Below are positions 9,561 through 18,475 of a stretch of 32,000 nt of DNA, one piece after another; position 1 is the stretch's first letter, and every line of letters starts with the position of its first letter. The notes below the pieces were generated by a model. That model was given only the letters and a program-made list of their open reading frames with translations, had not been told where the DNA came from and did not search any database. The stretch is from Casimicrobium huifangae (GTDB lineage: Bacteria; Pseudomonadota; Gammaproteobacteria; Burkholderiales; Casimicrobiaceae): positions 1,626,436-1,658,435 of the forward strand of contig NZ_CP041352.1 of NCBI RefSeq assembly GCF_009746125.1, given 5' to 3'. A program made the position numbers and the translations under genes.

Positions 9561-9632
9561 GACATCGCGCGCTGCCCACCGGCGCCTTTGCGGCTGCTGC
9601 CGCGACGGTGACTGCATCGCACGCGGCGAATC

Positions 9633-11126
9633 ATGACTGACATCGCGAAGCTGACCGGACAGTTGCCATTCGAACTGGCACAGGAATTCGGTGTGGTTCC
9701 AGTGGCTGATGAAGGCAATGCCATCGCGGTCGCGACAGCGCCGCATATGACCGTGGCGTCGCTATCGGCGGTCCGCCAGCGCCTCGGTCGGCCGTTGCGG
9801 GCGCAGTCTGTCTCCGCCGAAGAGTTTCGTTCGCTGCTGACGAGCGCTTATTCACGCGCCGCACGACCGGCGCCAGCCACAGACAGCGCATCTGCGATCG
9901 CTCGGTCGTCCCCTGAGCGTGATGAGCAGGATTTGCTGGCCAGCGCCGCACTGACGGATGACGCACCGGCGGTACGCATCGTCAGCGAGCTGCTGCGCGA
10001 TGCACTGGCAGCGGCGGCTTCCGACATTCACCTTGATGCCACCGATCGGGGAGGACGCGTGCGTTTCCGGGTCGATGGCGTATTGGCCGACGTGCGCGAA
10101 ACCGATGCTGCGACGCACGCCGCACTGGTCGCCCGTTGCAAGGTGATGGCGGCTCTGGATATTGCCGAGCGCCGATTGCCGCAGGACGGCCGACTGCAGG
10201 TGACCATCGCCGGCCACCGCGTTGACGTGCGCATCGCGACCTTGCCGACGCAGCATGGCGAGCGGGTGGTGCTGCGCCTGCTCGATACGAGCGCTGCCCG
10301 GCTGGACCTCGCTGCGCTCGGCTTGCAACCTCGGGTGCTGGAAGCGCTGCGCAGCGCTGTACGCATGCCACATGGGCTGGTGCTGGTCACCGGGCCGACT
10401 GGATCGGGCAAGACCACCACGTTGTATGCCGCGGTGAGCGAGCTGGATCGCGAACGGCTCAACGTGGTGAGCGTGGAGGACCCGGTGGAATATGCGCTCG
10501 ACCGTGTGGCGCAAACCCAGGTCAATCCACGAATCGAACTCAGTTTTGCGCGGGCGTTGCGCTCCATCCTTCGCCACGATCCCGACGTGATTATCGTCGG
10601 TGAAATCCGCGACCGTGAGACCGCTGAAATCGCCATTCAGGCCAGCCTGACCGGGCATCTGGTGCTCGCGTCGCTGCACACCAATACGGCAGGGGCCGCC
10701 ATCACGCGGCTGACCGATATGGGCGTTGAGCCTTATCTGATTGCGTCCTCGCTACGCGGCGTGCTGGCGCAGCGCCTGGTGCGCAAGTTGTGTGTCGCCT
10801 GTCGCAAGGTGCACGCGGTTGCGGCCGATGAAGCGGCGCTACTGACCGCCCACGGTATCGGCGGCGCGGTTGGACTCGTACAGCTCTGGTCTGCCGACGG
10901 CTGCAATGTGTGCGGTGGCAGCGGGTACCGTGGGCGCATGGGCCTGTATCGCTGGTTGCCAGCGGGCGCTGAGGTTACCAACGCCATTCACAACCGCAAG
11001 GCCGATACCGACATTGAGAACATTGCCATTGATGCCGGGTGGCCCACGCTGGCGGCGGACGCGGCACCGGCGCTTGCCGACGGCAGTACGTCACTGGCGG
11101 AGGTGTTACGCGTGGTGACGTTGTGA
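9633..11126 (+). CDS. gspE: Type II secretion system ATPase GspE
   Basis: Walker A GPTGSGKTTT, Asp box DIHLDATDRGGRVRFRVDG, Walker B-type DVIIVGEIRDRETAEIAIQASLTGHLVLASLHTN, C-terminal Cys pairs CVAC…CNVCGGSGYRGRMGLY. Confidence 0.95.
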   Translation: MTDIAKLTGQLPFELAQEFGVVPVADEGNAIAVATAPHMTVASLSAVRQRLGRPLRAQSVSAEEFRSLLTSAYSRAARPAPATDSASAIARSSPERDEQDLLASAALTDDAPAVRIVSELLRDALAAAASDIHLDATDRGGRVRFRVDGVLADVRETDAATHAALVARCKVMAALDIAERRLPQDGRLQVTIAGHRVDVRIATLPTQHGERVVLRLLDTSAARLDLAALGLQPRVLEALRSAVRMPHGLVLVTGPTGSGKTTTLYAAVSELDRERLNVVSVEDPVEYALDRVAQTQVNPRIELSFARALRSILRHDPDVIIVGEIRDRETAEIAIQASLTGHLVLASLHTNTAGAAITRLTDMGVEPYLIASSLRGVLAQRLVRKLCVACRKVHAVAADEAALLTAHGIGGAVGLVQLWSADGCNVCGGSGYRGRMGLYRWLPAGAEVTNAIHNRKADTDIENIAIDAGWPTLAADAAPALADGSTSLAEVLRVVTL

Positions 11127-11169
11127 GACCCTTTGCCGTGCTTCACTGCAGTGTCCGGAACGTCTAGCC

Positions 11170-12363
11170 ATGCGCTTTGCGTTTGAGGCAGTCGATGCTG
11201 ACGGTCGTCGCGAGCACGGCGAACTTGCTGCGGCGGACGAACGCGCAGCGCTGAAAGCGCTGGCGGCCCGCAGGTTGACTGCCCTCAGTCTGGTGCCAAA
11301 GGCGGATGCGCCGGCGGTTGACGCTAACGGCCGCATCAGCAGCGCTGACCGGGCACTCGCCGTGCGTCAACTTTCCGGGTTGATTGACGGCGGCGTGACT
11401 TTACCTGCTGCGTTGCAGTCGGTGGCTCAAAGCAGCGCGCAGCCGACCGTAGCCGCAGAACTGCGCGCGGTGCACGCAGCCCTTGACGGCGGCGAGCCGC
11501 TGGTATCGGCGTTCGGAAAAGCGTCAAAGTTGCTGCCACTGGTCGAACGCCAGGTGGTCGTGGCGGGTGCGGAGGCGGGTGATCTGGCAAGGGTGCTGGC
11601 GCGGCTCGCCGACTATCTGGAAGAACGCGATGCGCTGCGCGGCAAGCTGGTCGGCGCGATGGTCTATCCGGCGGTAGTGGGCGTCGTGGCGCTTGCTGTG
11701 ATTGTGGCGCTGCTGGTATTTGTCATGCCGCAAATCGTTGCCGCCTTCGCGCAAACCAAACAGCAGCTTCCCTGGTTGACCCGCAGCTTGCTTCTGGTGG
11801 CCACCGGACTGCGCCAGTACGGAATCTGGTTGATCGCGCTGTTGCTGGCGGCATCGGTGTTCGCGCTCTGGTCGTTGCGTGGCCCGTTACGCCAGCGTGG
11901 GCTGGCCCTGTTGCAACGTCTGCCGCTACTCGGGCCACTGGCTCAGAGCGCCGACGAGGTGCGCGTACTGACGACGCTGGCGATGCTGGTGGAGAGCGCT
12001 GTGCCACTGCCGAGGGCGATGGTTGCGGCAGCGACCACAGCCCGTTTTGCATCAAACGCAACGCGGCTTGACGCCGCGCGCAACCTGATCGAGCGCGGCA
12101 GCGCGGTAACCACGGCATTTACCGAGGCGCAGGCGCTCGACGGCATGTCGCTGGAGCTGCTGCGGCATGGTGAAGCCGTCGGTGGTGTGGCTGCGGCATT
12201 TGCCAAAGCTGCCCACCTCAAGCGGCAGGGGCTGGAACGCCGTTTGCAATGGTTTGCCACACTGGTGGAACCGGTGATGATCCTGGTGCTGGGCGGCGTC
12301 GTACTGCTGCTGGTGCTGGCCGTAATGCTGCCGATCGTGACGCTCAACTCAGCCGTGCGCTGA
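11170..12363 (+). CDS. gspF: Type II secretion system inner-membrane protein GspF
   Basis: 397 aa with two GspF-type repeats (LSGLIDGGVTLPAALQSV… / LAMLVESAVPLPRAMVAA…), MRFAFEAVDADGRREHGEL N-terminus, VMILVLGGVVLLLVLAVMLPIVTLNSAVR C-terminus. Confidence 0.93.
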   Translation: MRFAFEAVDADGRREHGELAAADERAALKALAARRLTALSLVPKADAPAVDANGRISSADRALAVRQLSGLIDGGVTLPAALQSVAQSSAQPTVAAELRAVHAALDGGEPLVSAFGKASKLLPLVERQVVVAGAEAGDLARVLARLADYLEERDALRGKLVGAMVYPAVVGVVALAVIVALLVFVMPQIVAAFAQTKQQLPWLTRSLLLVATGLRQYGIWLIALLLAASVFALWSLRGPLRQRGLALLQRLPLLGPLAQSADEVRVLTTLAMLVESAVPLPRAMVAAATTARFASNATRLDAARNLIERGSAVTTAFTEAQALDGMSLELLRHGEAVGGVAAAFAKAAHLKRQGLERRLQWFATLVEPVMILVLGGVVLLLVLAVMLPIVTLNSAVR

Positions 12364-12379
12364 TAGCCCCTGCGTGCGG

Positions 12380-13426
12380 CTACTCCAGCCGCTGCTCGTC
12401 GCGGTAGAAGCGGTAGAAAAGCTTGTCGTTCTTGAATGGATGCTCATCGAGCACATGGTGCGCCAGCGACACATCGAGCAGGCGCTGACCGCAGCTCATC
12501 GCCTGATTGAGCGTGTAGTTCTGCACCAGCATCCAGTCCACCGCCTCGCTGCCCACGAAGCAACTGGCATAGGCGGTGCCGCGAGACGTGCGGTCGGCGA
12601 CGCTGAAACCGGCGTCACTGCGCACCAGTGAATAAAAGCGGTCCAGCGTCCAGCGCGGCGGCAACTGCGCAACGCGGAAGTAATAGTTGCCATAGTCAAA
12701 GATCTGTTCGCGCGCCACATGATAGATCAGCCCCGCCGCCTGTAGCGCCAGGCCAATGGCAATGGCCTTCTCCCGGTCGATTCGCAGGGCACGTTCAAGC
12801 CAGACGATGCTTTCGCTGGCCACGAAGCATTCCGGGTAGACGCGCAGCAAATAGCTGCGGTCAGCGATGTTGACACCGCCGGAGCGTTGCATGCGAAAGG
12901 CGAGGGCCGCGAGGTCGATGCCATCGGCCTCGGCGGCGGCGATGACGCGAGCCTGCGCGCCGCCGCTGGTGGTCTGCGCAGCGGCCCGCACGTAGGGGGT
13001 GATGCGGCGCATGGCGGCGTCAACCGTATCGCGGTCGCCGATCAGTTCGTTGAGCAGCCGCTCGCCAGTCATGTTCCAGCGCCAGGGGTTGATCTGGGCG
13101 ACGGCGTAGTCGGCTCCCGCTTCGCGGGCCCATTCGACGATGACGTCATCGACCCAGTGCGTTGCCGATGCAATCACACCAATCTTCGCATCAGGCAAGG
13201 TCTGGCGTACCCGCGTGCACGCATTGGCGAGACGGATACCGCGCGCAGCAAGGGCAGCGAGGTCGAGCACAACGGCAACCGGGAGCCCGTTGGTGCCCTT
13301 GTTGAGTTTGCGTTGCAGGTCGGCCGCATCGTCGAAGGCATCAAGCACTCCTTTCAGCGCGTCGGCGCTCGCGCGCATGAGCGCGAGCGTGACAGGGTCG
13401 TTGCAAAGGAGGAGGATCTTGAGCAT
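12380..13426 (-). CDS. Degenerate receiver-like N-terminus with two C-terminal DEP-like domains
   Basis: Start at MLKILLLCNDPVTLALMRAS (ATG at 13426, 348 aa). Receiver-like fold pattern but no clear phospho-Asp site. Two DEP-like motifs: YPECFVASESIVWLERALRIDREKAIAIGLALQAAGLIYHVAREQIF…NYYFRV and SCFVGSEAVDWMLVQNYTLNQAMSCGQRLLDVSLAHHVLDEHPFKNDKLFYRF. Confidence 0.75.
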   Translation of the reverse strand: MLKILLLCNDPVTLALMRASADALKGVLDAFDDAADLQRKLNKGTNGLPVAVVLDLAALAARGIRLANACTRVRQTLPDAKIGVIASATHWVDDVIVEWAREAGADYAVAQINPWRWNMTGERLLNELIGDRDTVDAAMRRITPYVRAAAQTTSGGAQARVIAAAEADGIDLAALAFRMQRSGGVNIADRSYLLRVYPECFVASESIVWLERALRIDREKAIAIGLALQAAGLIYHVAREQIFDYGNYYFRVAQLPPRWTLDRFYSLVRSDAGFSVADRTSRGTAYASCFVGSEAVDWMLVQNYTLNQAMSCGQRLLDVSLAHHVLDEHPFKNDKLFYRFYRDEQRLE

Positions 13427-13574
13427 CGCGTGGTCCGGTACTTTTGTCTTGTTGCCGCGCGCAGATAGCCTTCGAGGGGCAAGCCTGAGTCGCGGCGGCG
13501 GTATCGCCCTTACAACGTGCGCGCCGCTTCTGCGGTACAAATACTATTCGATTGTTTTCCGCTTTGTCACTCCC

Positions 13575-14105
13575 ATGCTGCTGCGCAACGCCACCGACGA
13601 CGATCTGATTGCCATCCAGTCGATCTATGCACATTGGGTGACCCACGGTACCGGCAGCTTCGAGCTCGAGCCGCCAACGGTTGACGAGATTGCGAAACGG
13701 CGTGCCGATGTGCTGGCAAAGGGTTTGCCCTATATGGTGGCAGAGGACGCCGGCCGCGTCGTCGGGTACGCCTATGCCAACTGGTTTCGGCCACGTCCGG
13801 CCTATCGTTTCACCGTTGAAAATTCCGTGTACGTTGACAAGGGCTCGCACCGTGGCGGCATTGCCCGCTTGCTGATGGCGGAGTTGTTGACCCGTTGCGA
13901 AGCGGCGGGTGCCCGGCAAATGGTTGCGGTCATCGGTGACTCGGCCAATACCGGATCGATTGGCCTGCACACCGCGATGGGCTTCGAACACATCGGCACG
14001 CTGCGCTCAACCGGCTGGAAGTTTGGCCGCTGGCTGGACACCGTTTTCATGCAGCGTTCGCTGGGTCTGGGTGACGGCACGGCGCCCGCGCAGGGGGCCG
14101 CATGA
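13575..14105 (+). CDS. GNAT N-acetyltransferase (phosphinothricin/methionine-sulfoximine acetyltransferase-like)
   Basis: MLLRNATDDDLIAIQSIYAHWVTHGTGSFE…VVGYAYANWFRPRPAYRFTVENSVYVDKGSHRGGIARLLM…GSIGLHTAMGFEHIGTLRSTGWKFGRWLDTVFMQRSL, typical of the Pat/Bar-like family. Confidence 0.88.
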   Translation: MLLRNATDDDLIAIQSIYAHWVTHGTGSFELEPPTVDEIAKRRADVLAKGLPYMVAEDAGRVVGYAYANWFRPRPAYRFTVENSVYVDKGSHRGGIARLLMAELLTRCEAAGARQMVAVIGDSANTGSIGLHTAMGFEHIGTLRSTGWKFGRWLDTVFMQRSLGLGDGTAPAQGAA

Positions 14106-15901
14106 CGTGCGGGCACACGGCCGCCCGGCTCGGCAGACGAACACCGAATACGAACATTCTTAGGCGTCTGGCTGCACTGACACTGCTCGCGCTGTGTAGC
14201 ACGCATGCCGGACTCGCGGCTGCGCAGAATCAGGCACCCGAAGCTGCGACCGGACGTAGCGCGAAGCAGGGCCTGAGCTTCCGGCATCAGGGTGTTGCTG
14301 CGGCCAACCCGCTGGCGGTCGAGGCCGGTTACGCGATGCTGCGGCAGGGTGGCAGCGCGATCGACGCGGCGATCGCCACACAATTGGTGCTCGGGCTGGT
14401 CGAGCCGCAGAGCTCCGGCCTCGGCGGCGGTGCCTTCATCGTCCTGCACGACGTCAAAACTGGCCGTACCCGCAGCTACGATGGTCGCGAGACGGCGCCG
14501 GCCGCAGCGAAGCCGGAACGCTTCATCGGTAGCGACGGGTTGCCACTCAAGTTCTATGACGCCGTGGTGGGCGGTCGTGCCGTCGGCGTGCCCGGCACCG
14601 TCGCGCTGCTCGCCGAGACGCATCGCAAGCATGGTCGTCTGCCGTGGCGCCAGTTGTTCGAGCCCGCCGTTGCGCTGGCAGAGCAGGGCTTTCCGGTCAG
14701 CCCCAGGCTGAACATGCAGTTGAAGGGCGAGCGCTTTCTGAAGCTCGACCCGGCGTCGCGCGCCTACTTCTATGCACCTGACGGTGAACCCTGGCCGGTT
14801 GGTTATGCGCTCAAGAACCCGGAATACGCCGCCACGCTGAAAGCCATTCGCGATGGCGGTGCCAAGGCGTTCTACGATGGCGACATTGCGGCGGACATCG
14901 TGCGTGTTGCTCGCGCGCAAGCGAGCGCAAGCGATCTCACCGAGGCGGACTTCAGTGCCTATCGCGTGTTCGAGCGCGACCCGGTGTGCGCACCCTATCG
15001 TGGGCTGCGCGTTTGCGGCATGCCGCCGCCGTCTTCGGGCGGTATCGCGGTGGCGCAAATACTGTCATTGGTCGAGCGCTTCCCGCTGGCTGCCTGGGGG
15101 CCAAACGCCCCCGACAGCCTGCATGTGTTTGCCGAGGCGGGACGGCTCGCCTTCGCTGATCGCAACCGCTATCTGGCCGACCCGGACTTCGTGGCAATTC
15201 CGCGCGGCATGCTGGACGCGGCGTACCTCAAGTTACGTGGCAGCCAGATCGACCTTTCGCGCAGCATGAAGCGCGCCGAGGCGGGCACGCCGCCTGGCAG
15301 CAAGGTTGCGCTGGCGCCCGATGCAACCATCGAAGCGTCGGGCACCTCGCACATTTCGGTCGTGGATCGTTACGGCAATGCGGTGGCGATGACCACCACG
15401 ATTGAGGACCAGTTTGGTGCGCGCGTGATGGTGCGCGGCTTTCTGCTCAACAACGAGCTGACCGATTTTTCGTTCGTGCCGCAAGAGGGCGGGCAACTCG
15501 TCGCCAATCGTATCGAAGCAGGCAAGCGGCCGCGCTCGTCGATCGCGCCGACCATCGTCTATGACCGCCAGAACAAACCACTGATCGTGACCGGCTCGCC
15601 GGGGGGCAGCGCCATCATCAACTACGTCGCCAAGAGCATCGTGGCGCTGGTTGACTGGGGGCTCACGCCGCAGCAGGCGGCCGATCTGCCGAACTTCGGC
15701 TCGCGCAACGGCCCGACCGAGATTGAGCGCGGCACGGCGCTGGAGGCGCTGAAGCCGGAGCTCGAAAGACGTGGCCACACGTTCAGCGTGATCGACTTCA
15801 CCAGCGGCCTGCATATCCTGCAGCGGACTGATGGCAGGGCTGGGCGGCAATGGCGCGGTGGCGCGGACCCGCGTCGCGAAGGGATTGTGCTGGGCGATTG
15901 A
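14102..15901 (+). CDS. ggt: Gamma-glutamyltransferase (Ntn hydrolase)
   Basis: 599 aa. HQGVAAANPLAVEAGYAMLRQGGSAIDAAIATQLVLGLVEPQSSGLGGGAFIVLHD and the autoprocessing/nucleophile Thr region GTSHISVVDRYGNAVAMTTTIEDQFGARVMVRGFLLNNELTDF. Start overlaps the GNAT stop (ATGA at 14102-14105). Confidence 0.93.
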   Translation: MTCGHTAARLGRRTPNTNILRRLAALTLLALCSTHAGLAAAQNQAPEAATGRSAKQGLSFRHQGVAAANPLAVEAGYAMLRQGGSAIDAAIATQLVLGLVEPQSSGLGGGAFIVLHDVKTGRTRSYDGRETAPAAAKPERFIGSDGLPLKFYDAVVGGRAVGVPGTVALLAETHRKHGRLPWRQLFEPAVALAEQGFPVSPRLNMQLKGERFLKLDPASRAYFYAPDGEPWPVGYALKNPEYAATLKAIRDGGAKAFYDGDIAADIVRVARAQASASDLTEADFSAYRVFERDPVCAPYRGLRVCGMPPPSSGGIAVAQILSLVERFPLAAWGPNAPDSLHVFAEAGRLAFADRNRYLADPDFVAIPRGMLDAAYLKLRGSQIDLSRSMKRAEAGTPPGSKVALAPDATIEASGTSHISVVDRYGNAVAMTTTIEDQFGARVMVRGFLLNNELTDFSFVPQEGGQLVANRIEAGKRPRSSIAPTIVYDRQNKPLIVTGSPGGSAIINYVAKSIVALVDWGLTPQQAADLPNFGSRNGPTEIERGTALEALKPELERRGHTFSVIDFTSGLHILQRTDGRAGRQWRGGADPRREGIVLGD

Positions 15902-16016
15902 CGTGAGCAGGGGAAGCGCTCTGCTGCTGACGTACCGTCTGCCGTTGCCTTGGCATCACACAAATTTCGCTAACGGCTTTTAGGTGAAAAGCCCATTCGA
16001 ATTGGGCTCAAACGGT

Positions 16017-16048
16017 GAAAAGGTGCAAAGTCGACTTTGCGCTTTTTT
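16017..16048 (+). terminator. Rho-independent terminator-like hairpin
   Basis: AAAAGGTGCAAAG-TCGA-CTTTGCGCTTTTTT: about 13 pairs (two G/T) with a TCGA loop and a T tract. The core GCAAAGTCGACTTTGC is a perfect 16 nt palindrome. Confidence 0.7.
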
Positions 16049-16248
16049 CGCTGTCATGCCTTAATCAGCAGACGTTTCAACGAAAAGATACTGCTACCGG
16101 GTGACACGCGGATCGCGGCGATAGCGGTGCAACTGGTGCAACAGACGCAGCACAAGGTAACGCACTGTAACGCCGCAAACCTTGCTGCAATCCGGTTGGC
16201 GACGCCACAATCCACGATCAGACGTGACGGGAATGCGAGGGGAACGCC

Positions 16249-18303
16249 ATGAACTGCGAGCAGCCATTGCTGCGCCGAGCGGTCGTACGGGCAGGTTGCG
16301 CTGTCGCCGCGGTGGCGACGTTTGCCGCGCACGCCGCCTACACCATCACCGGTGACCCTGGCCCGGCGCCGGTAAACGCGACGACGCCGAATGCCGACTA
16401 CGCGCAGCTCGACGCGATCATGACGCAGTTCATGCTGAACGCCAACGTGCCCAACGCCCAACTCGCGGTGGGCCACGGCGGCCGCATCGTGTTCGTGCGT
16501 GGATACACTGCCAGCACCACCGAGCGGCCGTTGCAGACGATTACAGCCACTGTCAACATGGTGTCGCGAACGTACAACGAACCGGCGTACCAGACCACCC
16601 AGCCGAACAGCCGTTTCCGCATGGCCAGCCTGTCCAAGCTGGTCACTGGCCTTGCCATCCAGCAACTAGTGCTTGATGGCAAGCTGGCGATGAGCGATTC
16701 CGCCTATGCGATCCTGCGCGAAGACGCGTCCACGACGGCGTTCGCGGGCGCCCCGGCGGATGCGAACATGCTCAACGTCACCGTCAAGCAGCTAGTCAAC
16801 CATGAGGCCGGGTTCGCACGTGGCGCCCCACTGTCCACGCCCTCAGGGCAGCCGCAGGACATCATCGACTACGCCGATCCGCCCGGTACCGTGAAACCCT
16901 GGCCCTATCCGTACAACGTGGCGACCTTTCAGGAGTGGGTCAAGACCTGCAAACGGCACATCGAAATCGACCTGCCGCGCCGCAAGCTGCACTATGTGCC
17001 GGGCAGCCCGCCGCTGCAGGGTGGCAGCTACTACCAGTACTACACCAACATCGCTTACTGCTGGGCCGAGCGCGTCATTGAAATCCGCTCTGGCATGAGC
17101 TACGAGGACTACGTGCTCAACAAAGTGCTGCGCCCACTCGGTATCGACAAGCCGCGGCTGGCGCAGAGCGACAACATGGCGCGCTGGTATGCCGGCGACA
17201 GCGCCAACGCCGAGATCAACGCCTATTACGACCAGCCGATCGCGAGCAACCCGGCTGCCACGCTCTATTCCAACTGGTGCGCGCTATATGAAGGCACGCC
17301 CTCACCGCCGGGCTGTGTGGGCCCGCGGCCGAACAACTATCGCGCCCACGACTACGGCGGTGCGGGCGGCTGGGTGTTTTCCGCGCAGGAGTATCTGCGC
17401 ATGCTGCAAAGCGCCAAGCTCCGGTTGCGTGCGCCCCATCTGCTGGATTTTCCCGCGAGCAATGTCAGCGGCTCCGATTCGCTGTTCGAGGGCCCGACGC
17501 TGTCGAGCGGAACCAGTGGTGCCAACAACTTCAGCTACCGCTACAGCTATGGCGCCGGCGTGACCGAGTGGCGGGTGACGGCGACCAATCAACTGCTCGG
17601 CTACTTCGTTGGTCACACCGGCAGTTTGCCCGGTACGCGTTCGTTTTATCAGCTCGACGACGTCACGCCGATGCACTGGACCGTGGTGCTCAACACCAGC
17701 CCGGACTGGGACTACGGCTCGTGCAGCAGCGCGACCAGCGTACCAGCGGCGACCAAATACTGGTGCCTGTTGCAAGGCAATCGCGTCAGCGAAAACAACG
17801 GCGCGACCCTGACCAACCCGAGCACCAGCAACTCCATCTTTACCCAGATGCGGGCAATTTACGGCAACACGGCGAAGCGCGCGCAACTTGAAGCCGCGGC
17901 TGATCTGTGGAGCGACCAGATCGCCTTGCCCTGCAATCTCGATGTCAATGGCGCTGGCAACGGCACACGCAATGGTGTCGCCGATGGGTTGATGATCCTG
18001 CGGGCCATGCAGGGCAATCGCGGCGCCGGGATTGCGACAAGTACAGTTGGCGCGACCTCGTCGGCCACCACCACCTACGACCGTGCCGAAAAGAACGCCC
18101 GTGATCTCATCACCACCAAAGTCGTCGACATCGATGGCGACGGCGTGGTTGATCCTGCGGTGGACGGCGTGCTGTTGCTGCGCACGCTGTTGGGCGCACG
18201 CAATACCTCAGTGACTAATGGCCTGACCATTGCCGGGCCACGCAACGACTGGACCTCAATCCGCAACTACCTGAACACACGATGCGGCGCAGCGTTACCA
18301 TGA
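16249..18303 (+). CDS. Exported class C beta-lactamase-like serine hydrolase with C-terminal dockerin-like repeats
   Basis: Signal-like N-terminus (VRAGCAVAAVATFAAHAAYT); SxxK in RMASLSKLVTGLA; YxN in YYTNIAYCWAERVIE; C-terminal PCNLDVNGAGNGTRNGVADGLMILRAMQG … VVDIDGDGVVDPAVDGVLLLRTLLGARNT…RNYLNTRCG. Confidence 0.88.
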   Translation: MNCEQPLLRRAVVRAGCAVAAVATFAAHAAYTITGDPGPAPVNATTPNADYAQLDAIMTQFMLNANVPNAQLAVGHGGRIVFVRGYTASTTERPLQTITATVNMVSRTYNEPAYQTTQPNSRFRMASLSKLVTGLAIQQLVLDGKLAMSDSAYAILREDASTTAFAGAPADANMLNVTVKQLVNHEAGFARGAPLSTPSGQPQDIIDYADPPGTVKPWPYPYNVATFQEWVKTCKRHIEIDLPRRKLHYVPGSPPLQGGSYYQYYTNIAYCWAERVIEIRSGMSYEDYVLNKVLRPLGIDKPRLAQSDNMARWYAGDSANAEINAYYDQPIASNPAATLYSNWCALYEGTPSPPGCVGPRPNNYRAHDYGGAGGWVFSAQEYLRMLQSAKLRLRAPHLLDFPASNVSGSDSLFEGPTLSSGTSGANNFSYRYSYGAGVTEWRVTATNQLLGYFVGHTGSLPGTRSFYQLDDVTPMHWTVVLNTSPDWDYGSCSSATSVPAATKYWCLLQGNRVSENNGATLTNPSTSNSIFTQMRAIYGNTAKRAQLEAAADLWSDQIALPCNLDVNGAGNGTRNGVADGLMILRAMQGNRGAGIATSTVGATSSATTTYDRAEKNARDLITTKVVDIDGDGVVDPAVDGVLLLRTLLGARNTSVTNGLTIAGPRNDWTSIRNYLNTRCGAALP

Positions 18304-18475
18304 CGCTGACATGATGTGAGGGACGCTTGCGACACTCGCGGTCAGGGCGCCAAAACTCAGCACAAACCCTACCCACGCTGGTTGGAATTTTCCCGCACCG
18401 TTAAGAGGCATTTCCGCTAAAAACAAGTCTGCGCAAACGGTCGCGTTTGCATCAGTTGTTTATTGGGGGTAATAC

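Noticed and set aside
13802-15058. 418 aa minus-strand ORF
   Set aside because: Antisense to GNAT and ggt, Arg-rich composition, no domain signature. Treated as a shadow ORF.
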